A stretch of 64,000 bases of DNA from an uncultured Pelagibacteraceae bacterium (GCA_902557605.1 CACEAQ010000001.1:7963-71962), one strand, 5' to 3'. Positions 40,110-49,945 are shown, numbered from the stretch's first letter. The notes: generated by a model not told the origin, from the letters alone. Numbers and translations are program-made.

Positions 40110-41111
40110 ATGTCTGAAAAATTTAAAGCAATAGTAATAGATAATCAAAACGAAAAATTTACAAGAGAAATTAAAGAAATTGATACAAGTCATCTTAAAG
40201 ACGGAAACGTTTTAGTAAAAATAGATTATTCAAGTTTAAATTTCAAAGATGCCATGATTTTGAAAGACGGTGGGAGAATAGTAAGAAAATTTCCATTTGT
40301 GCCAGGAATTGATTTTTCAGGTACTGTAGTTGAAAGTCAAGATGATAAATTTAAAAAAGATGATAAAGTAATTTTAACTGGGTTTAGAGTTGGAGAAGCT
40401 TACTTTGGCGGTTTCGCTCAGTATGCAAAAGTTGACGCTAATTTTTTAATTAAAATACCAAAAAATTTAGATACCCATAAGTCTATGATGCTAGGTACAG
40501 CTGGCTTTACGGCTCTTCTATGTTCTTTTGCGGTTAAAGCCAAAGAGGAATTATTGTTAGGTGAAAAAATAAAAGATGTTTTAGTAACTGGTGCTACAGG
40601 AGGTGTTGGAAGTATTGCCATAATGATCTTATCTAAAATGGGATATGATGTTCACGCTGTAACAGGAAAAAAAGATAAAAACGACTATCTAAAAGATTTA
40701 GGTGCAAAAAACATTATAGATAGAAAAGAATTCGAGGGAGAAAGTAAGCTTCTTGAAAAAGGAGTTTGGGACGGAGTAGTTGATACTGTGGGAGGCGCTT
40801 CTTTAACAAAAATATTAGCTCAAACCAAACCAGGTGGAATTGTGGCCTTACCAGGAAATGCAGGAGGAATTAAGATAAATACAAATTGCATGCCTTTTGT
40901 TATCAGAGGTGTTAAACTCTGGGGCATCGACTCATCTGGATCTTCAATAAAAAGACGTGAGTTTGTTTGGAATGAAGCTGCAAAATTAATTGACTTTTCA
41001 AAAGTAAATTCATTTACAAAAGAGCTTTCTTTTACGGAGCTTTTAGATGTTTATCCAAAGCTTCTAAAAGGCGAGTTATTTGGAAGAACTATAGTAAATC
41101 CAAATAAATAA
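40110..41111 (+). CDS. acuI: Acrylyl-CoA reductase AcuI/YhdH family
   Basis: YSSLNFKD, PGIDFSG, GTAGFTA, TGATGGVGS, DTVGG, RGV.L.GIDS. Confidence 0.88.
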   Translation: MSEKFKAIVIDNQNEKFTREIKEIDTSHLKDGNVLVKIDYSSLNFKDAMILKDGGRIVRKFPFVPGIDFSGTVVESQDDKFKKDDKVILTGFRVGEAYFGGFAQYAKVDANFLIKIPKNLDTHKSMMLGTAGFTALLCSFAVKAKEELLLGEKIKDVLVTGATGGVGSIAIMILSKMGYDVHAVTGKKDKNDYLKDLGAKNIIDRKEFEGESKLLEKGVWDGVVDTVGGASLTKILAQTKPGGIVALPGNAGGIKINTNCMPFVIRGVKLWGIDSSGSSIKRREFVWNEAAKLIDFSKVNSFTKELSFTELLDVYPKLLKGELFGRTIVNPNK

Positions 41112-41129
41112 ACTATAATCATTTAAATA

Positions 41130-42020
41130 ATGGATTGGGATAAATTAAAAATTTTTCATACTGTTGCTGAGGCATCGAGTTTCACCAAAGCATCAACTAT
41201 CTTAAATTTAAGCCAATCAGCAATTAGCCGCCAAATTCAAGGTTTAGAGACCGATTTAAAGGTCCAATTATTTGAACGTCATGCTAGAGGTTTAGTTCTT
41301 ACTGAAAATGGCGAATATCTCTTTAAATCAGCTCATGAAATTATTTCAAAGCTAAAAGATGTTGAGTCAAATTTAAGTGGTCAAAAAGATAAGATAAACG
41401 GAAAATTAGTTGTTACTACTGTCGTAAGTTTTGGAACTACATGGTTAACTCCTCGAATAAAAGAATTCATGGATCTTCATCCTGATATAGAAATAGAGCT
41501 AATTTTTAATGATGTAGAGCTTGATTTAGCAACTCGTCAAGCTGACGTTGCAATTAGGATGAGAAGACCAAAACAATTAAATTTGATACAAAAAAAATTT
41601 GTAGATTTTAATTATCATATTTATGGTTCAAATGAATATTTAGAGAAAAATGGGTATCCAAAAACCCTAAAAGATTTAGATAAACATAAATTTATAACTT
41701 ATGGTAAGGGAGCTCCATCTCCAGTTTATAATCCCGATTGGGTTTTAAAAATAGGTGCAAAAGATGGAAAAAAAAGAAAATCTGTGATGAAAGTAAACAG
41801 TGTTTACGGGCTGTTATTAGCTGTTCAAAGTGGAGTTGGTTTAGCTGCGCTTCCAGATTATATTACTCATAATATTAGTGGCATCACTAAAATTTTACCA
41901 ACCGAACCAGGTAAGCCAACGGAAACTCATTTTGTATATCCTGCATCATTAAAAAATAATGCAAGACTTATAGCTTTTAGAAATTTTTTATTTAGCAAAG
42001 TAAACGAATGGAAATTTTAA
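41130..42020 (+). CDS. LysR regulator, LsrB/VtlR-like
   Basis: MDWDKLKIFH..AEA.SFT, LSQSAISRQI, LFERHARGL. Confidence 0.88.
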   Translation: MDWDKLKIFHTVAEASSFTKASTILNLSQSAISRQIQGLETDLKVQLFERHARGLVLTENGEYLFKSAHEIISKLKDVESNLSGQKDKINGKLVVTTVVSFGTTWLTPRIKEFMDLHPDIEIELIFNDVELDLATRQADVAIRMRRPKQLNLIQKKFVDFNYHIYGSNEYLEKNGYPKTLKDLDKHKFITYGKGAPSPVYNPDWVLKIGAKDGKKRKSVMKVNSVYGLLLAVQSGVGLAALPDYITHNISGITKILPTEPGKPTETHFVYPASLKNNARLIAFRNFLFSKVNEWKF

Positions 42021-43126
42021 TCTCATTTATAATACCCTTTATAATACTACTTACAGTTGTAGTATTTATTCATGAATATGGCCACTATTACTATGCTAAG
42101 AAGTACGGAGTAGGTGTCACAGATTTTTCTATAGGATTTGGTAAAGAAATATTTGGTTTTAATGATAAATCTGGAACAAGATGGAAATTTTGCGCAATTC
42201 CTCTTGGCGGATATGTAAAATTTTTTGGCGATAGAAATGTTTTTAGCCAAGCAGAGCAAGAAGAATTATTAAAAAAATATAGCAAAGAAGATCAAGAAAA
42301 ATTATTTGTTGTTAAACCTTTATATCAAAGATCTATAATAGTTGCGGCTGGACCTTTTGCAAACTTCTTGTTAGCCATACTTATTTTTGCATTCATTTAC
42401 ATGTTTGCCGGAAAAGATTTTACTCCTGCCCAAATACAAGAGGTTCAAATTGAAAGTCCTGCAGAAGAGGCAGGCATTAAGTCAGGAGACATTATCAAGT
42501 CTATAAACGGTAAAGATGTAAATAGCATTATGGAAGTTTCCGCTTTCATTAATTCGTCTTCATCAGAGATAATTGATATCGGCATATTAAGAAATGACAG
42601 TGAAATTACATTTTCTGTAAAACCTGAGGTAATTAAAGGTGAGGACTCTTTAGGTAATAAAGCAAATAAAAAGATTATCGGTATAAAAATAGCTCCTTTA
42701 AATGATGAAATTAATAGAGAAAGATTAGGCCCAGCAACTGCTTTGCTTTATGCGTTTAAAGAGACTTGGTTTGTAATTGATGCTTCTTGGAATTTTATTA
42801 TTTCAATGTTTAAGGGTACCGGAGATACTACTCAATTAGGCGGTCCTATAAAAATAGCTAAAATCACCGGTCAAGTTGCAAAACTAGGCTTTATTGCCTT
42901 TCTAAGCATTATGGCTTACATATCGATCAGTTTAGGATTTATTAATTTGTTGCCTATTCCTATGTTAGATGGTGGACACTTAATGTTTTACGCTTTTGAA
43001 AAGGTTTTAGGCAGACCTTTAACTCAAAGGACTCAGGAGGGATTTTTTCGAATCGGTCTTTTTTTGCTACTTTCTTTAATGTTTTTTACAACATTTAATG
43101 ATTTAAGGGATTTAGGCTTATTTTAA
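42008..43126 (+). CDS. rseP: Site-2 intramembrane metalloprotease
   Basis: HEYGH, PDZ domain, NLLPIPMLDGG. Confidence 0.95.
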   Translation: MEILISFIIPFIILLTVVVFIHEYGHYYYAKKYGVGVTDFSIGFGKEIFGFNDKSGTRWKFCAIPLGGYVKFFGDRNVFSQAEQEELLKKYSKEDQEKLFVVKPLYQRSIIVAAGPFANFLLAILIFAFIYMFAGKDFTPAQIQEVQIESPAEEAGIKSGDIIKSINGKDVNSIMEVSAFINSSSSEIIDIGILRNDSEITFSVKPEVIKGEDSLGNKANKKIIGIKIAPLNDEINRERLGPATALLYAFKETWFVIDASWNFIISMFKGTGDTTQLGGPIKIAKITGQVAKLGFIAFLSIMAYISISLGFINLLPIPMLDGGHLMFYAFEKVLGRPLTQRTQEGFFRIGLFLLLSLMFFTTFNDLRDLGLF

Positions 43127-43173
43127 GCCATTTTTTTAATCAAAAAAGTCAATAATATCAGGGCTTTTTGATC

Positions 43174-43221
43174 ATACAACATATTGTGTTGATATTTACG
43201 TGAAACACCAAAAAATTGTTG
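43174..43221. promoter_or_regulatory. Candidate tandem NrdR boxes upstream of HU
   Basis: atacaacatattgtgt (43174-43189) matches acaCwAtATaTwGtgt at 14/16; degenerate copy starts 32 bp later. Confidence 0.5.
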
Positions 43222-43268
43222 ATTTTATTGGATTTTTATAGAGATTAGATAATAACTAAGGGGCATAA

Positions 43269-43544
43269 ATGAATAAAAAACAACTAGTAGCAAAAATATC
43301 GTCCACACTGGGTCAAAGCAAAGCTGATGCTGAGAGAACTTTTGATTCAATAACGACTATTATTTTAGATGCTTTAAAGAATGACGATACTGTAAAAATA
43401 GCTGGATTTGGTACTTATAAAGTAGCAAAAAGAAAAGCTAGGGTAGGAAGAAACCCGCGAACAGGTGAGTCAATACAAATTGCTGCATCTCAGAAAGTTA
43501 AGTTTTTACCAGCTAAAAGCTTAAAAGAAATGTTTAACAGATAA
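43269..43544 (+). CDS. HU family nucleoid protein
   Basis: MNKKQLV, V.I.GFGT, RKARVGRNP.TG, KF.P.K.LKE. Confidence 0.95.
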   Translation: MNKKQLVAKISSTLGQSKADAERTFDSITTIILDALKNDDTVKIAGFGTYKVAKRKARVGRNPRTGESIQIAASQKVKFLPAKSLKEMFNR

Positions 43545-43554
43545 ACGATTTATT

Positions 43555-43587
43555 TAGCCCTTATTTGATTTGCTCAAATAAGGGCTA
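43555..43587. terminator. 14-bp hairpin after HU (terminator or processing stem)
   Basis: tagcccttatttga-tttgc-tcaaataagggcta; no clear U tract. Confidence 0.55.
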
Positions 43588-43681
43588 CCTACCTGCAAAA
43601 ATTGCATAGCTCAAATTAAGTTAAATCAATTCTTTTTCAATTTTTAAAATCCTATAAACCTCGTTTAACAAGGGAGTTATT

Positions 43682-44974
43682 ATGAAAAAATACTTAGGAT
43701 ACTTTCTAGCAGGTACAGCCATTTATTTTGGTTTTGCCGGTCTTGGATACGCTGAGACCACAGTGTCTGCAGAAGTACAATACATTTTTAATACCCTATT
43801 ATTTTTAATGTCAGGTTTCTTGGTCATGTGGATGGCCGCAGGTTTTGCAATGTTAGAGTCAGGATTAGTAACATCGAAATCTGTATCAGCAATCTGTGCA
43901 AAAAATATAGGTCTTTATTCAATCGCCGGAGTAATGTTCTGGTTGGTTGGTTACAATTTAGCTTACGGTATCCCAGAAGGCGGATATATAGGTTCATTCA
44001 CACCATGGAGTGATAATTCAGCATTAGAGACAGGATATTCTGATGGTTCTGATTGGTTTTTCCAAATGGTGTTCTGTGCAACTACAATGTCAATCGTATC
44101 TGGTACATTAGCTGAAAGAATTAAGATCTGGCCATTTTTCTTATTTGCCGCTATTTTAACTGGAATTATCTATCCAATTTCAATGGGTTGGCAGTGGGGT
44201 GGCGGATGGTTATCGGTAGCTGGATTCTCAGATTTTGCTGGTTCAACATTAGTACATGCTGCTGGAGGAGCTGCGGCTCTTGCAGGTGCAATCGTATTAG
44301 GTGCTAGAAGTGGCAGATTCTCTGGAAAAGGTGAGGCTAAACCGATGGCACCATTTGCTGCATCATCAATTCCGTTAGCAACATTAGGAGTATTTATACT
44401 CTGGTTAGGTTGGTTCGGATTTAATGGTGGATCTCAGTTAGCTTCTGGAACATTAGAAGACGTTTCAGCAGTAGCAACAATTTATATCAATACGAATTTA
44501 GCTGCAGGTGGTGGTGTATTAGCCGCTGCTACAGTATCAAGAGTTATTGGTGGAAAAACTGACGTAGTAATGATGCTAAACGGCGCAATCGCTGGATTAG
44601 TAGGTATTACGGCAGAGCCATTAACACCAAGTCCGTTAGCTGCAATCTTCATTGGAGCAATAGCAGGAGTATTAATGTACTTCTCAACAAAACTATTGTT
44701 TAAAATGAAAATTGATGACGTAGTTGGAGCCATCCCAGCACACTTAGTAGCTGGAGTATGGGGTACATTAGCAGTGCCATTAACAAATGGAGATGTTACT
44801 TTCGGAGCACAATTCTTAGGAACTATCTCAGTTGTGGTATTCGTATTCATAGTCTCATTTATTGTTTTCCAAATTATAAAAAGTACAATTGGATTAAGAA
44901 TAAGCAAGGAAGCTGAAAGACTAGGAACTGACAAAGCAGAAGTCGGTGTAATAGCTTACGGTATCAGAGACTAA
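43682..44974 (+). CDS. amtB: Ammonium transporter
   Basis: GFAMLESG, FFQMVFCAT, DFAGSTLVH, GWFGFNGGS, DDVVGAIPAH. Confidence 0.96.
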   Translation: MKKYLGYFLAGTAIYFGFAGLGYAETTVSAEVQYIFNTLLFLMSGFLVMWMAAGFAMLESGLVTSKSVSAICAKNIGLYSIAGVMFWLVGYNLAYGIPEGGYIGSFTPWSDNSALETGYSDGSDWFFQMVFCATTMSIVSGTLAERIKIWPFFLFAAILTGIIYPISMGWQWGGGWLSVAGFSDFAGSTLVHAAGGAAALAGAIVLGARSGRFSGKGEAKPMAPFAASSIPLATLGVFILWLGWFGFNGGSQLASGTLEDVSAVATIYINTNLAAGGGVLAAATVSRVIGGKTDVVMMLNGAIAGLVGITAEPLTPSPLAAIFIGAIAGVLMYFSTKLLFKMKIDDVVGAIPAHLVAGVWGTLAVPLTNGDVTFGAQFLGTISVVVFVFIVSFIVFQIIKSTIGLRISKEAERLGTDKAEVGVIAYGIRD

Positions 44975-44980
44975 TTAAAA

Positions 44981-45046
44981 TTCCCTCCCTCGTTAGTTGG
45001 GAAAAATTATAAGGCCTGGTTCGGATCCCCCGTCCAGGCCTTATTA
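44981..45046 (+). terminator. Double hairpin 3' of amtB (terminator, possibly a 3'UTR RNA)
   Basis: ttccc..gggaa stem, then ataaggcctgg..ccaggccttat 11-bp stem; C-rich loops. Confidence 0.65.
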
Positions 45047-45289
45047 ATTTAATGACTATTTTTAAAGGTTGTATTTTGCTAACTTGGTTGCCCATCAAAA
45101 TTTAAATTTATAAAAATTTCTCTAAAAGGTCGTCATTTTTAAATTGATATAAATTTTACTTGGGTTAAAATTTAAATGTTTTAATTGGTGTGAATTATTT
45201 TATACTTCGAATCTTATAAATCACCAAAAAGAAAGTATCGACAAATACGTTGCAAAATATAGATTATTTGCCCTATTCTGAATGGTATT

Positions 45290-45751
45290 TTACTTATTTG
45301 AGCTCACAAATTTTAATACTTCTTTTGCATGATCTTTTACTCTTACATTTGACCAAATTTTTTTAATTTTTCCTTTATCAATGAATACAGTTGATCTTAT
45401 TGTGCCAAGAAATTTTTTGCCCATAAAAGACTTTTTTCCCCAAACACCATATTTTTTTTGTGATTTCAGATCAGGATCTGAAAGTAGTTCAAATGGAACT
45501 TTATATTTTTTTTTAAATTTTTCATGACTTTCAATAGAATCTTTTGAAATTCCGACCACCTCACACTTAGCTTTTTTAAACTTTTTATATAACTTAGAAA
45601 AATCTTTAGTTTCTATCGTGCATCCTGGAGTATCATCTTTAGGATAAAAATAAATGACCAATTTTCCTTTAAATTTTTTTAAATCAAATTTTGTGTTCTT
45701 AGTTCCAGATAGCTTAAATATAGGAGCTTTTTTATTTTCTTTAACCTTCAT
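45290..45751 (-). CDS. bcp: Peroxiredoxin Q / BCP (track start 45796)
   Basis: YFYPKDDTPGCT.E, GISKD, LLSD, RSTVFID. Confidence 0.93.
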   Translation of the reverse strand: MKVKENKKAPIFKLSGTKNTKFDLKKFKGKLVIYFYPKDDTPGCTIETKDFSKLYKKFKKAKCEVVGISKDSIESHEKFKKKYKVPFELLSDPDLKSQKKYGVWGKKSFMGKKFLGTIRSTVFIDKGKIKKIWSNVRVKDHAKEVLKFVSSNK

Positions 45752-46766
45752 TTTCATCCCATATTTTTTTCCAATTGACGTTTGGCGACAATCCAAAAAT
45801 TGAATTAATATTAGTAAAATGAACAGCTAAAGACGGAATTGGAGATATACATAATTCTTTTTCATAAATATCATGCATAGGTTTTTCGAAAGGTGCATGT
45901 TCTTTTTTACACATACTTACATACTTGTCCCAATATTTTTCAATCATTTTCTTGCTTGTCAAAAAAGTACATAAAGTTTCTTCAACCCTTCTCCAATGAT
46001 AATTTTGGCCCAAAAAATTCTGAGTTTTATCTGCTTTTGTATATAGATATGGGTAGTCGGCTGGGCATATTATTATCTCACTTTTAGTCTGAGAAGCTAT
46101 TCTTTCATATGTAAAAATCATTTCACTTATTGAGCTACGTTGATGTAAATAGTCATCCTCTACAAAATATATTAAATCCTCACAACTTTTAGCTTCTATC
46201 AAAGACTGGTTTATATTAGCCATATTAGAGATTTGATTATTGGAGACCTCCTGACCTCTTTCATTTACTTTTTCAATTTCATCTTTAAACTTATGAACAT
46301 CTAAATTAATTAAATTATAATTTATTTTAAAATTTTTAAAAACTAAGTCTATTTTTTCTAAATTTTCTTGAGAGGAATTATGATCAATAACTTTAAAATT
46401 AATCTTAATTTTTTCAAGTTGTGAGTTTGCTTTTGTAGAATTTAATAATGATCTTATGGTTCTTAGCGTATACTCGATTTTTTCCTTTCCAAATAATCTA
46501 GATTTATTTTGTGTTAACATATTTACGCTAGCACAAGTTCTAATAATTATGTCCAGTGCCTTGACCGGCCTGGTAATATTAACCTTTCCAAGCGGTAGAT
46601 TAATTGAACTTTTGCCTATTAAGCTTAACTCTTCATTAACTTTCTTTTCAACAGTGACCACTTCAAATGTATTTTGATCAATTATTTCAAAGCCTAATTT
46701 CCTGCATAATTTGATAAAGATTTTTTTTAAAAATCCTGAATTATTTGAGGTGCGAATATTTTTCAT
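45741..46766 (-). CDS. Putative GT-A glycosyltransferase
   Basis: VIDHNS and YFVEDDYLH (DxD-like). Confidence 0.6.
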   Translation of the reverse strand: MKNIRTSNNSGFLKKIFIKLCRKLGFEIIDQNTFEVVTVEKKVNEELSLIGKSSINLPLGKVNITRPVKALDIIIRTCASVNMLTQNKSRLFGKEKIEYTLRTIRSLLNSTKANSQLEKIKINFKVIDHNSSQENLEKIDLVFKNFKINYNLINLDVHKFKDEIEKVNERGQEVSNNQISNMANINQSLIEAKSCEDLIYFVEDDYLHQRSSISEMIFTYERIASQTKSEIIICPADYPYLYTKADKTQNFLGQNYHWRRVEETLCTFLTSKKMIEKYWDKYVSMCKKEHAPFEKPMHDIYEKELCISPIPSLAVHFTNINSIFGLSPNVNWKKIWDENEG

Positions 46767-46804
46767 ACTAGTAAAATATATATAATAGTTTAATTATTTG
46801 ATCT

Positions 46805-47203
46805 ATGAGTATTAAATCTTCACAAAAATTAGTACAGGAAGCTAATGAAAATATCGAAACATTAAGCGCGCAAGAAGTAAAGAGCTTAGTAGAAAAAGAC
46901 GAAATCACTCTAATTGACGTAAGGGATATTAGGGAATTGTGGAAGGAGGGTACTATCGAAAATTCGAAACATATCCCTAGAGGCATGTTAGAATTTTGGC
47001 TAGACCCGAACAGCTCTTATTATCAGGAGAATAAGATAAAAGATTTGAAAAAGATGGTTTTGTTTTGTGCTTTAGGTTTTAGATCTGCTTTAGCCACAAA
47101 GGCATTAGTTGATATGGGATTTAAAAATGTTGCTAATATAAATGGCGGATTCGATGCTCTAAAAAATGCTGGACTAAAAGTAGTTCCAAAAGAAAAAAAA
47201 TAA
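46805..47203 (+). CDS. Rhodanese-like domain protein
   Basis: LIDVRD..E, PRGMLEFW, FCALGFRS, NINGGF. Confidence 0.9.
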   Translation: MSIKSSQKLVQEANENIETLSAQEVKSLVEKDEITLIDVRDIRELWKEGTIENSKHIPRGMLEFWLDPNSSYYQENKIKDLKKMVLFCALGFRSALATKALVDMGFKNVANINGGFDALKNAGLKVVPKEKK

Positions 47204-47204
47204 T

Positions 47205-47792
47205 TTATTTACTGGCTTCTTTTAAAACAAATTCAATTCTATCTTGACCCCAAAAAATTTTATTGTTTGAAATAAATGTTGGTGCCCCAAAAACTCCTTT
47301 TTCGTAGGCTTCACTAGTTCTTTTTTTTAGAGAGTCTTTTATAGATGAAGATGTAGCTCTCAAAGCAAAAGTTTTGGGATTTACATTTAAGTTTTTCAAT
47401 ACTTTATGAATTATATTATCATCATTCATATTTAATCCATCCTGCCAAATTGCGTCAAAAATGCTGTCAATGTAAAAACTCTTAAAGTTGTCTTCGTCAG
47501 CTACAAATACACCACGCATTAAATTTAAACTTCTTATAGGAAAATAAGAATTGAATTTGAATTTTACATTATTTCGCTCAGCAATTAACTTACAGTCTCT
47601 TATCATGTGTTTTGCTTTAGCAGGTATAAAAGCTGGTGCTTTAATTCCATGTAAGTTGTGTAAACCACCTAAAAGAATTGGTTTATATTGAACTTTGATT
47701 GAAGCTTTTAGCTCAATTTTTCTAATTTCTTTATGTGCAAGAAATGAATATGGACTAATAAAGTCAAAATAAAAATCGAATGGTTTAATCAT
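47205..47792 (-). CDS. Kappa-class GST / 2-hydroxychromene-2-carboxylate isomerase (DsbA-like)
   Basis: FYFDFISPYSFL, GVFGAPTF, FWGQDR. Confidence 0.9.
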   Translation of the reverse strand: MIKPFDFYFDFISPYSFLAHKEIRKIELKASIKVQYKPILLGGLHNLHGIKAPAFIPAKAKHMIRDCKLIAERNNVKFKFNSYFPIRSLNLMRGVFVADEDNFKSFYIDSIFDAIWQDGLNMNDDNIIHKVLKNLNVNPKTFALRATSSSIKDSLKKRTSEAYEKGVFGAPTFISNNKIFWGQDRIEFVLKEASK

Positions 47793-48255
47793 TAAAGCTT
47801 ATTTTTTTAGCAAAGAAAATTCTTATAAACCAGTAAATGACCAATCCAACTGGTCCGGAAAAGTATGTCAAAATAAGAGATGGAATAGTAATTATTTTAG
47901 GTATTAAATATCTTCTGGCGTCTCTTATTATCCAAGCGCCAGCAAACAAACTGATAGCCAGAAAATGTAGCCAGAATATAAGTAATAAAACTTCATTAGC
48001 AAACATTGAATATAAACCATCTAATCCACTGTATAATTCAAAACCATCAAAAATATTTTTTTCTAAATAAAGATTATAGGATAAAAAAGAATAGCCTGTT
48101 GCTAAAAGCAAAGGCGCAATAATAGATTGAGCTAAAAAGTTCGTTAAACCATGATTAGGAGCTAAAATTAGTAACAGCCAAAAAGGTATTACTCCCCAAT
48201 TGGCAATTAAATAAATATTTTCTGGGGTGATGAAAGCTATAACATCATTTAACAT
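47785..48255 (-). CDS. ABA4-like (DUF4281) membrane protein
   Basis: PFWLLLILAP, WLHFLA..LF.G.W, GPVGL. Confidence 0.85.
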   Translation of the reverse strand: MLNDVIAFITPENIYLIANWGVIPFWLLLILAPNHGLTNFLAQSIIAPLLLATGYSFLSYNLYLEKNIFDGFELYSGLDGLYSMFANEVLLLIFWLHFLAISLFAGAWIIRDARRYLIPKIITIPSLILTYFSGPVGLVIYWFIRIFFAKKISFND

Positions 48256-48281
48256 AAAAAATAATATAGTATATTAAATTA

Positions 48282-48842
48282 ATGAATCCCACATTAAATA
48301 AAAGTGATTTTGAAGACCTTACTACAAATTTAAAAGATTTAGCTTATTCTTATCTTGAAAAATATAATCCCTCTAAACAACAGCTTAAAGTTTACTTACT
48401 TAAGAAATATTTATTAAAAATAAAAGGTACAAAATCTAAAAAAGAGGTAACATCAATTATTGATGAAATCATTTCAAACTTAGAGAAAAATAAACTTTTA
48501 AATGATGAAATGTATTCAGACTCAAAAGCAAGAATGTTCTTGAGAAGAGGTTATTCATTAAACAAAATAAATCAATCGCTTAGAAACAAAGGTATTGAAG
48601 ACAAATATGTTAAACAAAGTATTGAAAAAATTAAAGAAGAACAAATTGAACCAGATTTTGTATCTGCTTTAAAACTTTGCAGAAGAAGAAGGATAGGTCC
48701 CCTAAGACCCGAGAGAAATCGTGAGTTGTTTTATAAAAAAGATATGGGTATTTTAGCTCGTGGGGGTTTCAGCTTTGATTTATCTAAAAGAGTTTTAGAA
48801 CTCGATCAAAAGGAATTTAATAAACTAATCAAGATTATCTGA
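48282..48842 (+). CDS. recX: RecX family regulator
   Basis: YLEKY.PS, LLND..Y, RRG.S...I...L..KGI, RRRRIGP, LARGGFS. Confidence 0.8.
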   Translation: MNPTLNKSDFEDLTTNLKDLAYSYLEKYNPSKQQLKVYLLKKYLLKIKGTKSKKEVTSIIDEIISNLEKNKLLNDEMYSDSKARMFLRRGYSLNKINQSLRNKGIEDKYVKQSIEKIKEEQIEPDFVSALKLCRRRRIGPLRPERNRELFYKKDMGILARGGFSFDLSKRVLELDQKEFNKLIKII

Positions 48843-48968
48843 TTTTTTCTTTTTTTCATCCTCTAATAGAATATCAAGTTTTCTTTTTAGAGCATTTCTT
48901 ACAAGAATAAAAAAAAGAACACCAAAAAAAGTTACTGACAAAATTATTATTAAAATAGTTTTAATCAT
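48825..48968 (-). CDS. Small single-TM protein, 47 aa (absent from ORF track)
   Basis: MIKTILIIILSVTFFGVLFFILVRNALKRKLDILLEDEKKKKSDNLD; start overlaps the cysQ end and fills the gap. Confidence 0.6.
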   Translation of the reverse strand: MIKTILIIILSVTFFGVLFFILVRNALKRKLDILLEDEKKKKSDNLD

Positions 48969-49740
48969 AAAGATTTTCAGAGCGCCTTATTAGTAAACTA
49001 GGATTTTTGTAATCTTCTTTACCATATAAAAAAGGTTTTTCATCTAGCGTCTTAATAATTGCTCCTGCATTTTGAGCAACTGCATGTCCCGCAGCATAAT
49101 CCCATTCATTTGCTTTTTCCCTAGCTGCATAAATATCATACTCCCCTGTTGCTATAACACAAAATTTATATGAGCTAGCCATTTTTACAATTGATGTCAC
49201 ATTAAACTGTTTTAATTTATTTAAAATTAGATCTGAAGGTTTGATGACGCTAGATAAAGCTACAACTTTTCCTTTTGGCTGCTGTTTTTTACAAGAAATC
49301 TTTTTTGTAACATTCTCTTCAATCAAATAACTTTCTCCAGGCCAGTAAGAGAAAAATAACCTTTTCTTTTTTGGCACGCCCACTAGTCCAAGAACTGGTA
49401 CAGTATCTATTACCAAAGCTGCATTTAATGTATATTCATCTTTTCCAGCTATATATTCTTTTGTCCCATCTATAGGGTCAATCAACCAGAAAATTTTAGA
49501 TTTATTTTTTTTATTTAGATCAACTGTTTCTTCAGAAATAATTGGTATATTAGGTGTTAAGCTAGAAATTTTTTTTGAAATATCGTCATCAGCTTTTAAA
49601 TCTCCATTACTTACAGGAGAACCATCTTCCTTGATCTCAATTTTTAAACCCTCGTTGTAAAGTCTTATTGTATCGTCTCCGGCCTTTATAAAGGTATCTA
49701 TAAGTCCCTCAGCTATTTTTTTTAACTCGGCTTTATTCAC
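48961..49740 (-). CDS. cysQ: 3'(2'),5'-bisphosphate nucleotidase
   Basis: K.DGSPV, IISEE, WLIDPIDGTKEY, SS.KFC, EWD.AAGHA. Confidence 0.9.
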   Translation of the reverse strand: MNKAELKKIAEGLIDTFIKAGDDTIRLYNEGLKIEIKEDGSPVSNGDLKADDDISKKISSLTPNIPIISEETVDLNKKNKSKIFWLIDPIDGTKEYIAGKDEYTLNAALVIDTVPVLGLVGVPKKKRLFFSYWPGESYLIEENVTKKISCKKQQPKGKVVALSSVIKPSDLILNKLKQFNVTSIVKMASSYKFCVIATGEYDIYAAREKANEWDYAAGHAVAQNAGAIIKTLDEKPFLYGKEDYKNPSLLIRRSENLYD

Positions 49741-49906
49741 TCTCCACTCTTTCTAATTTTATGTTTTTGATGTTAATTACTCTTTTTCCGTAATTTTCAA
49801 AATTAACTGTTACTTTATTACCTATAATAGATTGCACTTGACCGATACCCCATTCACTATTAGCAGGGTTTTTAACATAATCACCTGGTTCAAAATCAAT
49901 AAGCAT
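49733..49906 (-). CDS. DUF3553 small SH3/Tudor-like protein, 57 aa (absent from ORF track)
   Basis: MLIDFEPGDYVKNPANSEWGIGQVQSIIGNKVTVNFENYGKRVINIKNIKLERVESE. Confidence 0.88.
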   Translation of the reverse strand: MLIDFEPGDYVKNPANSEWGIGQVQSIIGNKVTVNFENYGKRVINIKNIKLERVESE

Positions 49907-49945
49907 TATGGAAAATAAATAGTAAATATATTATACACTTTAATA

